Assembly: GCA_964417675.1 (NCBI GenBank)
Contig: CAYQJL010000282.1
Location: forward strand, 1,481-65,480
DNA length: 64,000 nucleotides
Source: an uncultured bacterium
Lineage (GTDB): Bacteria > Eisenbacteria > RBG-16-71-46 > CAIMUX01 > WJJG01
Reading direction: 5' to 3'
In this document: positions 50,421 to 60,160 of the stretch, one piece after another
Layout of the letters: every line of letters starts with the position of its first letter
Position numbering within the stretch: position 1 is the first letter of the stretch
Program-made: the position numbers and the translations under genes
The notes under the pieces: generated by a model
What the model was told of the DNA's origin: nothing
The model's database searches: none
What the model saw: the letters and a program-made list of their open reading frames with translations, nothing else

Positions 50421-51473
50421 CTAGAAGCGGTAGCCGCCCGACACACGGTGGCTCGAGCCCAGATCGTCGTGCGGGACAAAGGCGTAGTCGACGGCGAATC
50501 CCCGGATGCGGAAGCCGGCGCCGGCCGTGACGCCGCTTTCCTGCCAGCCCACGCGTCCGGCGAAGATGCCCCGGAACCGGGCTTCGAGGCCGGCCATCAC
50601 GTCCCCACCCAGCGTGCCGGCCGAGAAGGAACTGGCCGTTTCCCGCCCTTCGAAGGTCAGGGCCACATCCGAGGTGAGCGCCAGCACGGTTCGCATGGCG
50701 GTCAGCGGGATCTCGTAGGCGCCCCCCAGATAGAGGGAGGGATTGACCGTCTCACGGCGGCCGGAATCCCAATACAGCTGCGTCGTCGTGGCGTCACTGA
50801 GCCGCGCCCCGAGCCGGACACGCTCGCTCAGGGTCCACAGCAATCCAAGGTCGGTGCCGATCCCAAAGCTCGAGTGGTTGAGCAGATCCTGGCGGACCAG
50901 TTTCAGGCTCCCACCCAAGGCCAGATTCGGCCGCAGAAGCTTCGCATAGGAAAGGAAGATGCCGATCTCGGTATCGCTGTCCAGGTAGAAGCGGTCCGGG
51001 TAGATTGTCTCGCCCGGGTCATACTGATGGTTCCCGTTCGCATCGTCGTAGGCCCCCTTGGTGACCAGGATGTCCTGCACGGCGAAGCGGGCAACCCCCA
51101 GACCCACGGCGCCCGGCGTTCCGGTACCGCCCAGCGACTGCACGTAGCCGAAAAAGTCGTAGTCGGCCAGGTCCTCGAACTGCTCGGCGTGCATGAGCAG
51201 GATCTCGGCGCGCTCGATGTACACCATGGCGGCCGGATTCCAGTACACCGCGCTGGCGTCGTCCACCAGTGCCGTCACCGCACCGCCCAGGCCCAAGGCG
51301 CGCGCACCGGCTCCGATCTTGAGGAACTCCCCCGCATACTTGGCGGCCTCGGCTTGAGATGCCAGGAGCAGACAGCCCATCGCCAGCACGACCCGACCAA
51401 CCAGGGCTGTGCGGGGCCTCTTGCCCGTAGCCTCGGCGTCTCCCGGCTTCTTCGCTTCAAACAAGTGGATCAT
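50421..51473 (-). CDS. PorV/PorQ-family outer-membrane beta-barrel
   Basis: FLKIGAGARALGLGGA...DASAVYWNPA; C-terminal VDYAF...LGSSHRVS...F. Confidence 0.85.
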   Translation of the reverse strand: MIHLFEAKKPGDAEATGKRPRTALVGRVVLAMGCLLLASQAEAAKYAGEFLKIGAGARALGLGGAVTALVDDASAVYWNPAAMVYIERAEILLMHAEQFEDLADYDFFGYVQSLGGTGTPGAVGLGVARFAVQDILVTKGAYDDANGNHQYDPGETIYPDRFYLDSDTEIGIFLSYAKLLRPNLALGGSLKLVRQDLLNHSSFGIGTDLGLLWTLSERVRLGARLSDATTTQLYWDSGRRETVNPSLYLGGAYEIPLTAMRTVLALTSDVALTFEGRETASSFSAGTLGGDVMAGLEARFRGIFAGRVGWQESGVTAGAGFRIRGFAVDYAFVPHDDLGSSHRVSGGYRF

Positions 51474-51514
51474 GGTTCCCCTCTTGCGCGTCGGTGTCCG
51501 TCCGTACGACGCAA

Positions 51515-51543
51515 ACCCTAGCAACCCCGGTGAGTCGGGTCAA
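51515..51543 (-). promoter_or_regulatory. Putative sigma-70 promoter of the PorV-like gene
   Basis: TTGACC-N17-TAGGGT with extended TG. Confidence 0.55.
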
Positions 51544-51687
51544 CGCGGTTGCAAAGATGACTACCCCACGCGACGCTGGGCGTTCCCGGGTAGAAGACAA
51601 AAGAAGAGCGGGCCGGCCCGTGGGTCAACCCGCTGATGCTTGGCGTGCACCGCTCTCAGGAAGAGGCACTCGCAGAAGGAGCCGCAA

Positions 51688-52125
51688 TCAGGCCACGTCC
51701 TCGTCGGACTCCTCCGGTCGGTCCCACTCCTCACCACCTTCCAGATACAGGAGCTCGTACCACTCCAGATAGGACCGGATGAAGTCCCGATCCTCGGCCG
51801 CCAGATCGGTGAAGCAGGAGGCCAGCCGGTAGCTGCCCTCCTCGACGCCGTCCGGCTCGCAGCGCACGACAACCGCCTCGCAATCGATCGGGTGCTCTTC
51901 GGCCTGTTCCTCCCCATACGGGGGAAAGACGAACCGCAGCGCCAATCGCGTCAGCGGCTGGATCTCGCGGTTGATCTTGCAGTAGAACCCCCCCGCGCTG
52001 AAGTTGATCGTCTCCATGCAGGTGCGACGTTCCCCGTCGGGAGCGTCGGGATCGTCGAACTCGAGAATCATCCGCAGTTCGACCCGTTTCTCCTTGCGCC
52101 GCTCGGTCATGTTCTCCCACGCCAT
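51688..52125 (-). CDS. Stand-alone PilZ-domain protein
   Basis: RxxxR (RKEKR) and NxSxxG (NFSAGG) c-di-GMP motifs both intact. Confidence 0.85.
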   Translation of the reverse strand: MAWENMTERRKEKRVELRMILEFDDPDAPDGERRTCMETINFSAGGFYCKINREIQPLTRLALRFVFPPYGEEQAEEHPIDCEAVVVRCEPDGVEEGSYRLASCFTDLAAEDRDFIRSYLEWYELLYLEGGEEWDRPEESDEDVA

Positions 52126-52224
52126 GTCGACTGCTTCTCCTTCCACCGCTTCAAGCCCGCATGCCGACCACGAACCTCGGGAGTTCCCCCCCTGTCTTGT
52201 TTTCGGCATCCGCCCCTGCGGCCC

Positions 52225-54312
52225 TTACCTCTTCCTGTCTCTGCGGCGCTGCTTCCGCGACCGGCGGGGCCCACGCCGCACAAGCTCAGGCCGCTCGCGG
52301 GAGGGCATCTGGCTACGGGAGCGACCCTTCCGGCGTCGCGCGGCGCCGGGCGACCATGGGTCGATGATGCTCTCGAAGGAAGCCGGGTCGCTCTGCACGG
52401 CCCGGCGGCCGGCGGCCCGAATGGTCAGCAGCAGAGATCGGTTCCTGAGATCGACCCGCACGATCTGGGCAATGACCGGCAATCCCAGCGGAAGCTCTCC
52501 ACGACCCGGCCCGAGCCGGCGGCCCTCTGTGAGAATGCCCCGCAGGCCTTCGATCTCGGTGCGCGCCACGAAGCCGGAGACCGCAACCTCATCGAACTCC
52601 ACGATGAACCCGCGCGGCAGGACCGCCTCCACGCGCCCCCGAAACGCTTCTCCGATGCGCGTCTCGGCCCAACGCAGCTGCTTGATCCGGTTCAGGGCCC
52701 GTTCCGCCCGCTCCGAGCGTTCCTCGCTTCCCGAGCAAAGGGCGGCGGTCTCATGCGCCTCGGCCACCCACGCCTCCGGGATCGGACGCGACCCATGGGC
52801 CAGGGACCACTTGACGATGCGATGATTGAACAGGTCCGGATAGCGCCGGATCGGGGAGGTGAAATGGGCATACCCGCGCAGGCCGAGACCGAAGTGCCCG
52901 CTATCCCGCGCATCGTAGGTCGCCCGCTTGAGCGTGCGCAGGAAGTGGGCGTGCAGACGCCAGGTGGCCGGCTCAGCCGGCATGGCCGCCAGGAAGCGGC
53001 GCAGGCCGGCCAGATCCTTCTTGGCCCAGGCGGGCGCACCCGGCGCCAGGGTCTCGAAATCCGCCCAGAATGCCTCGAGGGCTTGCGGATCGGGCGCCCC
53101 ATGCACCCGGTAGAGATACGGATGGCCGCGCTTGCGGGCAAAGGCACAGGCCACACGGTTGGCGAGGATCATGCACTCCTCCACCAGACGGTGGCTCCTC
53201 AGAGCCACCCGCCGCCGGATCTGCGCAGGCCTCCCGTCCGCACCGATCGTCATTTCGATCTCCGGTACCTGCAGATCGAAGCCGCCGGCGGCGAAGCGGC
53301 GGCCGCGCAGGGCCGTGGCCAGATCATCCAGGTCGCGCAGGAGCTGCAGCAGCGACGCTTCGTCCGTGGCGCCCCCCCGCACGATGGCTTCCACCTGTTC
53401 GTAGCTCAGCCGCCGGGCGCTGCGAATCCAGCCCAGATCGATCCGACTCGCCCGGACTTCCCCCGTGGCGGCAATCTTCGCCGAGACGGTCACGACCTGG
53501 CGGTCCTGTCCCTGGGCCAGGCTCATCGCATCGGTGGCCAGCGACTCCGGAAGCATGGGAATCATGCTTCCCGGCAGGTAGGTGCTGTTGCCCCGCCGGC
53601 GGGCCTCACGATCCATCCGACTCCCGAACGGCACCAGCGAGGTGACATCGGCGATATGGACGCGCAGCCGCCATGATCCATCGGGGCGGCGGGCCACGCT
53701 GAGCGCATCATCGAAATCGCGCGCATCCTCCGGATCAATCGTGACCACCGCCTCGCCCCGGAAGTCCCTCCGGATGACCGCGTCGGGGGCCGGCTCGGCG
53801 CAGGCGGCTTCGGCGACCGCAGCGGCCGGATAGTCGCCCGGCAGAGCGTACTCGGCCCGTACGATCTCCTCGTCCAGCCGCGGATCGCGGGCATCTCCCA
53901 GCACGCGGACACACTCCGCGCTTGGCAGATGCCCCGGCCGGGCATCGTGCAGGCGGCAGAGCAGGCGCTCGCCGCCGGCCACCGCGTGCAGCGAGCCGAT
54001 CAGCTTCATGATCGGGGGCAGCTTGGGATGATCGGGGACCAGCCACATGCGCTTGCGTGTGCCGGCCACCACGCCCGTGAAGTGCCGCACGCCCCGGGTG
54101 AGAATCTCGAGGATGATCGCCTCGCCCCGCAGGGAACCGCGCGCCGGCCGCAGCACCTCGAAGCGCACCTCGTCACCCTCGAGAGCGCCCGCCGTGGCAT
54201 CCGCGCGCACGAAAAGGTCAGCTGCACCCGTGGCAGGCGATACGAACCCATACCCCTCTCGGGTCGCGCGAAACAGCCCCGTTTCGGGCCCACTCTGGCG
54301 AGAGAATGTCAC
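52225..54312 (-). CDS. rnr: RNase R / RNB-family exoribonuclease
   Basis: GYGFV cold-shock domain, TIDPEDARDFDDA, VHIADV, HFTSPIRRYPD, S1 domain, basic tail. Start uncertain. Confidence 0.88.
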   Translation of the reverse strand: MTFSRQSGPETGLFRATREGYGFVSPATGAADLFVRADATAGALEGDEVRFEVLRPARGSLRGEAIILEILTRGVRHFTGVVAGTRKRMWLVPDHPKLPPIMKLIGSLHAVAGGERLLCRLHDARPGHLPSAECVRVLGDARDPRLDEEIVRAEYALPGDYPAAAVAEAACAEPAPDAVIRRDFRGEAVVTIDPEDARDFDDALSVARRPDGSWRLRVHIADVTSLVPFGSRMDREARRRGNSTYLPGSMIPMLPESLATDAMSLAQGQDRQVVTVSAKIAATGEVRASRIDLGWIRSARRLSYEQVEAIVRGGATDEASLLQLLRDLDDLATALRGRRFAAGGFDLQVPEIEMTIGADGRPAQIRRRVALRSHRLVEECMILANRVACAFARKRGHPYLYRVHGAPDPQALEAFWADFETLAPGAPAWAKKDLAGLRRFLAAMPAEPATWRLHAHFLRTLKRATYDARDSGHFGLGLRGYAHFTSPIRRYPDLFNHRIVKWSLAHGSRPIPEAWVAEAHETAALCSGSEERSERAERALNRIKQLRWAETRIGEAFRGRVEAVLPRGFIVEFDEVAVSGFVARTEIEGLRGILTEGRRLGPGRGELPLGLPVIAQIVRVDLRNRSLLLTIRAAGRRAVQSDPASFESIIDPWSPGAARRRKGRSRSQMPSRERPELVRRGPRRSRKQRRRDRKR

Positions 54313-54420
54313 GGCAAATCCTGGGAAGCGGGCACAAAAGGATCGGCGAGGATCGGGTGATCCCCGCCGCCATGCTATGCCCAAACGCGCCGCACGGCCA
54401 CAACGGCCGTGCGGCGGTCG

Positions 54421-54519
54421 CTAGTTCTTGCGCTTCTTCTTGTGGCGGTTCTTGCGCAAGCGCTTCTTGCGCTTATGCGTCGCGATCTTCTGACGCTTCC
54501 TTTTTCTTCCGCAGCCCAT
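54421..54519 (-). CDS. 32-aa basic ribosomal protein bS22 (AURKAIP1/COX24-like)
   Basis: Manual translation MGCGRKRKRQKIATHKRKKRLRKNRHKKKRKN*, with an AAGGAG RBS. Below the ORF-track size cutoff. Confidence 0.85.
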   Translation of the reverse strand: MGCGRKRKRQKIATHKRKKRLRKNRHKKKRKN

Positions 54520-54581
54520 ATAGCTCTCCTTAAGGGGCCCACCCAGGGCCCTACCTGATCATCGGCCTGCAAAAGCCCGCA

Positions 54582-54872
54582 CTACAGATCGGACTCCCCG
54601 TGGTTGAGCGCCTGCTCGAGCTGTTTCGAGGACCGGAAGACCGGAACCAGTTTGGCCGGGACATTGATCTGCTGTCCCGATCTGGGGTTCCGCATCGTCC
54701 GTGGACGGCGCGCCCGCAACACGAAGTGCCCAAAGCGCCGGAGCTGCACGTCGCGGCCCTCGGAGAGGGCTCTGGAGACCGCGGCCAAGAACTCATCTAC
54801 GACGACAGCAGCCGATGCGCGGGACGTCTTTCGCCGGTCGGCGATCTCTGATACCAGATCCCGCTTATTCAT
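54582..54872 (-). CDS. HU/IHF-family DNA-binding protein
   Basis: MNKRDLV...VQLRRFGHF...RNPRSG...VPAK..PVFR. Confidence 0.9.
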   Translation of the reverse strand: MNKRDLVSEIADRRKTSRASAAVVVDEFLAAVSRALSEGRDVQLRRFGHFVLRARRPRTMRNPRSGQQINVPAKLVPVFRSSKQLEQALNHGESDL

Positions 54873-54925
54873 TGTCCACCCCCCCGCAATTTCCAGGGTG
54901 GAAGATCAGATATCACAGCCTTAGG

Positions 54926-54954
54926 ATGCTACCAATTTGCCCATTAGGGGTCAA
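54926..54954 (-). promoter_or_regulatory. Putative sigma-70 promoter of the HU gene
   Basis: TTGACC-N17-TAGCAT with extended TG. Confidence 0.6.
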
Positions 54955-55021
54955 CCACCTTTCGATCCAGCGGATCCACCCGAATCTCGTGCGGGAGGGG
55001 CCGCTTGACTGGGGAGTATTC

Positions 55022-55909
55022 ATGGAGTTTCCCTATCAGGGTGAGGTCTACTCCCTGGCCTGTGCGCTTTTGTGGGCCTTTGCGGTCGTTCTCTTCCGGC
55101 GCAGCGGGGACTCGATTCCTCCCCTGGCGCTGAATCTGCTCAAGTGCGCTGCCTCGAGCCTCCTGTTCATCCCTACCCTCTGGATCGCCGGAACACCCTT
55201 GCTGCCCCCGGTGGCCAACAGCGACCTGCTGCTCCTGGCCGCCAGCGGACTGATCGGCATCAGCGTGGCCGATACGCTTTTTCTCAAGTCGCTCAATCTG
55301 CTCGGCGCCGGCCTCTCCCAGGTCGTGGGCTGTCTCTACAGCCCCTTCGTGATCCTTTTTTCGATGGCCTTCCTCGGCGAACGTCTGGGCCCGACCGACA
55401 TCATCGGGACAGTGCTGATCCTGACCGGTGTCCTGATCACGGTGGAACGTGATCCGCAACGCGAGGTGCGCAGCCGTCGCGCCCAAGGGGTTCTCATTGG
55501 AGCCGCCGCGTTCGCACTCATGGCCATCGGGGTCGTGCTTGCCAAGCCGGTGCTGGGACGCGTTGCGCTGCTCTGGAGCTCGGGATTTCGGCTCTTGGTG
55601 GGGACCGTCGGTCTGGCCGTGCTGCTCCCGCTGTTTCCGCGCGGGCGGCGCAGCCTGCGGCGCCTGCGGCCCTCACGCGCCTGGAGCACCGCGCTGTGGG
55701 CCTCGTTCTTCGGCACCTACCTGGCCATGATTGTCTGGCTGGCGGGCATCAAGTACTCCAGCGCCAGTGTCGCCTCGATTCTCAATCAGACCAGTGCCGT
55801 GTTCGTCCTGCCGTTCGCCGCGCTGATCCTGAAGGAGAAGGCCACTCGCCGGCATCTGCTGGCCCTGGCCCTGGCCCTGGCGGGTGTGATTCTCGTCACG
55901 CTGCTGTAG
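55022..55909 (+). CDS. DMT/EamA-family transporter
   Basis: About 10 TM segments in two EamA repeats (FLGERL, ILKEK); GGGGAG RBS before the ATG at 55022. Confidence 0.88.
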   Translation: MEFPYQGEVYSLACALLWAFAVVLFRRSGDSIPPLALNLLKCAASSLLFIPTLWIAGTPLLPPVANSDLLLLAASGLIGISVADTLFLKSLNLLGAGLSQVVGCLYSPFVILFSMAFLGERLGPTDIIGTVLILTGVLITVERDPQREVRSRRAQGVLIGAAAFALMAIGVVLAKPVLGRVALLWSSGFRLLVGTVGLAVLLPLFPRGRRSLRRLRPSRAWSTALWASFFGTYLAMIVWLAGIKYSSASVASILNQTSAVFVLPFAALILKEKATRRHLLALALALAGVILVTLL

Positions 55910-55935
55910 GCCGCCGATTCCGGACGCAACGGCAA

Positions 55936-55964
55936 CGGGCGCGGTCCCTGTGGGACCGCGCCCG
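55936..55964. terminator. 13-bp perfect hairpin between convergent genes
   Basis: CGGGCGCGGTCCC-TGT-GGGACCGCGCCCG; no U-tract. Confidence 0.55.
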
Positions 55965-55987
55965 CCGCGCGGCTGCCCCAACGAAGA

Positions 55988-58900
55988 CTATTGAATCTCC
56001 AGCTCCTCGCTCAGCGTGAGCCCGCCGTAGCCGGGATCCTCGTCGGTCACCGTCAGGTAGACCTTGGTCTCGGCGCCGGGTGCGTGGAAGTAGAGATTGC
56101 TCGCCATGCCCCAGCGATCCGTGATGGCCGAGGCGGTCACCGATCCCTCGGTCACTTCGAGGGAGAGCTGATGGCCGCCAAGCGGATTCCCGAAACGGTC
56201 CTTGATGATGACCTCGAACGGTACGCTGGCACCGGGCGCCATGCTGGTTGACTCGAAATCGATGCTCGAGTTCGACCGGTGGGCGGCCCCGGTCAGCAAG
56301 TGGATCTCCAACAGGTCGCTGGCCGCTCCGCCCAGTCCCACCGCGGCGGTCACATGGGCGATCGCACCGATCCCATCGTCCGGTGAACTCCACGAGTGGT
56401 CCTCACGCAGGATGGCAGACCTGAACTCCGACCGTGCCAGGCTTCCATAGACACCGTCGGCGGTTTGGCCCGACGGGGTAACCTCTCCGATGTCGGTGAG
56501 GAACTCTACATTCGTGCCGTCCAGCACGAAGTTGTCATTGATATCGAGCACCTCGACCCACAGGGGCAGCTCGCTCTCGCCGTCGGCCCACAGCGTGGGA
56601 GCCGGCGCCGGTGGCGGCGCGGGGGAGACGAAGGTCACCGACGTCGGCGGGCCGGAGGACAGGAACTGGGCGGTGCCGATGACCGAGCCGCCCGCGGTCG
56701 ACACCGTGAGGACGACATCGCCGTCATCGCGGGGCAACCCGCTGAAGTAGGTGCCGTGCGCCAGCCCCCCCTGGGTGGTACTGCTGCCCAGTACGCCGAG
56801 GACCTCGTAGTACCCGCGTACGATGCCCTCGTCCACCGTGAAGTAGACCACCGTCTCATCCCGAACCGGGTTGTTGTACTGATCCGAGACGATGGCCAGC
56901 ACGGTCGCCTGTTCTCCCACGACATCCCACCCGCGGATGTTCAGCGGGCTGACCCCCACCGAGATGAATGCCGGCGGACCCGCGCTGATGCTCACGACGC
57001 TCGACTTGGTGGCCTCACTCTCCTCGGCGCTCGCCTGGATCTGTACGGTCCCTGACTTGGTGCCGCTGACCAGGGTCACCGTGGCCCGGCTGTGCTCATC
57101 GGTCACCACTGTGAGCGGGCCCCAGCCGGCATCGCGCAGGCGTTCCCCGCCGCCCGGCCCGGCCAGGATCTCGAAGGCCACCTCCCGACCGCTGCCGACC
57201 AAACGGTTGCGGTCATCGAAGCAGGTGGCGGCGATGAGGCACTGCTCCTGCCCGCCGGTTTCCCGGACCTCGATCTCGGAATGACTGGTCTCCAGGCTCA
57301 TGTGGGCGATCGGTCCCGGTTCCTCGCCGGGATCCAGCAGCGGCAGGTCGATGTAGGTGGTGCATGCCACGGCGACGCCGCCGACGCCGTCCACCTCGGC
57401 CCACAGCGTGATGACCCGGGGAAGGTCCGCACCGGCCACGGGTGCGAAGTAATCGCATTCGGCCAGGCCCGCCCGGGTGTCCTCACTGCCCTGCCCACCG
57501 TCACCGCGGATCAAACCGGTGTTGGCACCGAAGACGACCACCGTGCCGTCCGGTACCGGATTGTGATGCCGATCATGGACGAACACGCCCATCTCCTCTT
57601 CCAGCTTCCCACCGAACCCGATCGACGCCGGCGTCGGCAGCCAGAAGCAGCCCGCCGGGGGACCCGCCGACACACCCAGGTAGAGGGTTTGGGTCGCGTC
57701 CCCCGCGCTGGCGCGCAGCGTGATCGGACCGGCCAGGTCGCCGGCCCGCAATACCGTACTGGCCACGCCGTTCTCATCGGTCGGCACATCCCGCCCAGCA
57801 TCCCCACCCAGGAGCTCCTCACCCCCGCCCGGCCCGGAAACGATCTCGAAGTCGACCAGGAACCCGGCCGGCGCCGTGATCGAGGCCGCCAGGTCCAGAT
57901 AGCAGGTTGCCTGCAGGACGGCATGATCCCCATTGCCGACCCCCAGCACATGCAGCTGGCCGGGGTCGGCCGTCAGCACGATCTGACGGATGGTCCCGTC
58001 CGAGAGAATCTCGACCGAGAGGTTCGAGCTCACGCCCCCGCTGCTGACATGCACGGCCACCGTTCCCGGGATGCTGCCGGAACGTAGGATCGCGCTGGCC
58101 GTCCCCGTCGGGTCCGTGTAGGCGGTCACGTACGGTGTGGCGCCGGGTGAGAAGCCCTCTCCGCCGCCGGGGCTGCTGCTCACCTCAAACAGCACCGGAA
58201 CTCCGGCGGGGACCGGCTCGCCCCCCGCGCCATGGCACAGGGCTCGAATCGTCGTCCAATCCTGGCCCGCGACACCCTTGGCCACCAGTTCCTCGTGGTC
58301 GGCGGCGGCCGCGATCGAGATGACCTCCGGCAACGGCGCCACGGTGAGCACAATGTCCTGTGACCACTGCGCCGTCGTGGCCTTCACGACAATCGCGCCG
58401 GGCGTGCTGGCGGCCGTGTAGGTGAGCCGCACGACACCGTCGAGGTCGGAGGTCGCGCTGCCCGGCAGATCGCCAATGGCATCCCAGGTCCCATTCACGA
58501 TGATCTCGTCACCCAACGTGTCCACGCCCTCGTCGAATCGCCCGTTGCCGTTGTTGTCGGTGAACGGCTCGCCGGCCACGAAGGTGACATCCTTGCCGGC
58601 GACCCGGCCCCCATTGATGTCATAGAGCGTCATCCGCAACTCGGCCTGACTGGCCCCGTCGGCATAGATCGTGGCAGGCGTCCACGTCCAGGTGGACGAG
58701 ACCACCGGTGGCAGCTCGAGCAGTTCCAGCGTCGTGCTGGCTCGCTCCTCCTGCGTCGAGGCGTAGACCGTGACATCCCCAGGCTCCCGGCCGGCCACAT
58801 AGATTGCGGTCACCGAACCGTTCTCCCGCGTTGTGCCGGTGGAGGTGATCTGCCCCCGGACGTCCCAGACACCGTTGCCGTTCTGGTCCGTGAAGCTCTC

Positions 58901-59890
58901 TCCGCTGGTGTAGTAGCCGTCACCGTCGGCGTCCGTGAACGGTTCCCCTGCGGTGAACCGCACCAGTTTGCCGTTGAGCGGATGCCCGCCCGCATCGGTC
59001 ACCACCGCGGTCACGATGGCGTTCGAGAGCCCGTCGGCGAGCAGTTCGGCGGGCGCTACGCTGACCTCGATGTTCGATTCGATGGCGTGCAGATGGACTT
59101 CCAGGTCAGCCGACACGGTATCCACGGTCGCCTTGATGAAGAGTGTGCCCTCTTCGGCCGCGGCGGTGTACACCACGGAGGCCTCGCCGTTCGAATTGGT
59201 CGTGGCCGCGGGCGCAATGGTCCCAATGGCGTCCCAGAGGCCGTCCCCGTCATCGGTCAGCAATTCATCCGGGTCGCTGAAGACCCCGTTGTGGTCCACG
59301 TCACGGAATCGTTCCCCGGCCGCAAACAGCACCGTCTCATTGGGCGCCGGCAGACCGTCGCGCCGGACGGTGACGGTGACATCCAGCGTGCTCACCCCGT
59401 CAGCGGGAATCGCTGATTCGGGGGCGCTGATCTGCACCGACAACGGGCCGCTGCCGGAGTCACCGCTCTCCACCACATTCAGAGTGACATACCTGAAGGC
59501 ACAGTCCCCCACAGAGGCTTTCAGGTCGACACCTCCCAGATCGGCGGCCGTCGGGCGATAGGTGGCACACACATAGCCATTCTCATCGCTCACCGCATCA
59601 TGCGATGCGAAGGACCCTCCGGCCGTCGCGCCGCTGCGTCCGAATGTGACGATCACCCCCTCGGCCGGGTGGGCATCTTCATTCTTGACCACCCGTGCAC
59701 AGAGCGTGGCCGAATCTCCCACGGCCACCGCGGCCGGGGTCGCCCTGAGGTTTTCGATCACATACGCACAGGCACCCATGCCGGTCGGCAGGGAAGCTTC
59801 CTCCGTGTCGCACCCTCCCGCGAGCAGCACCGCTCCGAGAACTGCGAACATCAGAACGCTGGTACCCAATTGGATCATGCCCGTCTTCAC
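55988..59890 (-). CDS. Large invasin/intimin-like (Big_1 repeat) surface lipoprotein
   Basis: Lipobox LAGGC; many ADG.S...V.D..G.P / TD..G.A Ig repeats; AAGGAGG RBS before the GTG at 59890. Confidence 0.78.
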   Translation of the reverse strand: MKTGMIQLGTSVLMFAVLGAVLLAGGCDTEEASLPTGMGACAYVIENLRATPAAVAVGDSATLCARVVKNEDAHPAEGVIVTFGRSGATAGGSFASHDAVSDENGYVCATYRPTAADLGGVDLKASVGDCAFRYVTLNVVESGDSGSGPLSVQISAPESAIPADGVSTLDVTVTVRRDGLPAPNETVLFAAGERFRDVDHNGVFSDPDELLTDDGDGLWDAIGTIAPAATTNSNGEASVVYTAAAEEGTLFIKATVDTVSADLEVHLHAIESNIEVSVAPAELLADGLSNAIVTAVVTDAGGHPLNGKLVRFTAGEPFTDADGDGYYTSGESFTDQNGNGVWDVRGQITSTGTTRENGSVTAIYVAGREPGDVTVYASTQEERASTTLELLELPPVVSSTWTWTPATIYADGASQAELRMTLYDINGGRVAGKDVTFVAGEPFTDNNGNGRFDEGVDTLGDEIIVNGTWDAIGDLPGSATSDLDGVVRLTYTAASTPGAIVVKATTAQWSQDIVLTVAPLPEVISIAAAADHEELVAKGVAGQDWTTIRALCHGAGGEPVPAGVPVLFEVSSSPGGGEGFSPGATPYVTAYTDPTGTASAILRSGSIPGTVAVHVSSGGVSSNLSVEILSDGTIRQIVLTADPGQLHVLGVGNGDHAVLQATCYLDLAASITAPAGFLVDFEIVSGPGGGEELLGGDAGRDVPTDENGVASTVLRAGDLAGPITLRASAGDATQTLYLGVSAGPPAGCFWLPTPASIGFGGKLEEEMGVFVHDRHHNPVPDGTVVVFGANTGLIRGDGGQGSEDTRAGLAECDYFAPVAGADLPRVITLWAEVDGVGGVAVACTTYIDLPLLDPGEEPGPIAHMSLETSHSEIEVRETGGQEQCLIAATCFDDRNRLVGSGREVAFEILAGPGGGERLRDAGWGPLTVVTDEHSRATVTLVSGTKSGTVQIQASAEESEATKSSVVSISAGPPAFISVGVSPLNIRGWDVVGEQATVLAIVSDQYNNPVRDETVVYFTVDEGIVRGYYEVLGVLGSSTTQGGLAHGTYFSGLPRDDGDVVLTVSTAGGSVIGTAQFLSSGPPTSVTFVSPAPPPAPAPTLWADGESELPLWVEVLDINDNFVLDGTNVEFLTDIGEVTPSGQTADGVYGSLARSEFRSAILREDHSWSSPDDGIGAIAHVTAAVGLGGAASDLLEIHLLTGAAHRSNSSIDFESTSMAPGASVPFEVIIKDRFGNPLGGHQLSLEVTEGSVTASAITDRWGMASNLYFHAPGAETKVYLTVTDEDPGYGGLTLSEELEIQ

Positions 59891-59929
59891 CAGAAGACCT
59901 CCTTCGCTCACCGTTTTCCCGCCGGCAGC

Positions 59930-60160
59930 CTACGAAGCGCGTTTCTGGTCCGCCGCGCCGATGCGCACCACGCCCACCGCGTACGGCCCACGCTTCCCTT
60001 GCCGCTCCTCGAATTCGACCCGGTCGCCTTCCTGGAGCACCTTGAACCCGTCCCCCACGATCTGGTCGTGCCGGACGAAGACATCCGGCTCCCCATCCCG
60101 CACGATGAATCCCCAGCCTGCCGCGTTGTTGAACCACTTCACGCGTCCCTGTAGCGCCAT
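59930..60160 (-). CDS. Cold-shock domain protein
   Basis: GRVKWFN..GWGFI, DVFV, GFKVLQEGDRVEFE..GKRGP.A. Confidence 0.88.
   Translation of the reverse strand: MALQGRVKWFNNAAGWGFIVRDGEPDVFVRHDQIVGDGFKVLQEGDRVEFEERQGKRGPYAVGVVRIGAADQKRAS

Noticed and set aside
51505-51565. GCAAACC...GCAAAG resembling a c-di-GMP-I riboswitch near the PilZ gene
   Set aside because: Wrong strand for the flanking genes, no GNRA loop/receptor architecture, and better explained as the minus-strand sigma-70 promoter of the PorV-like gene.
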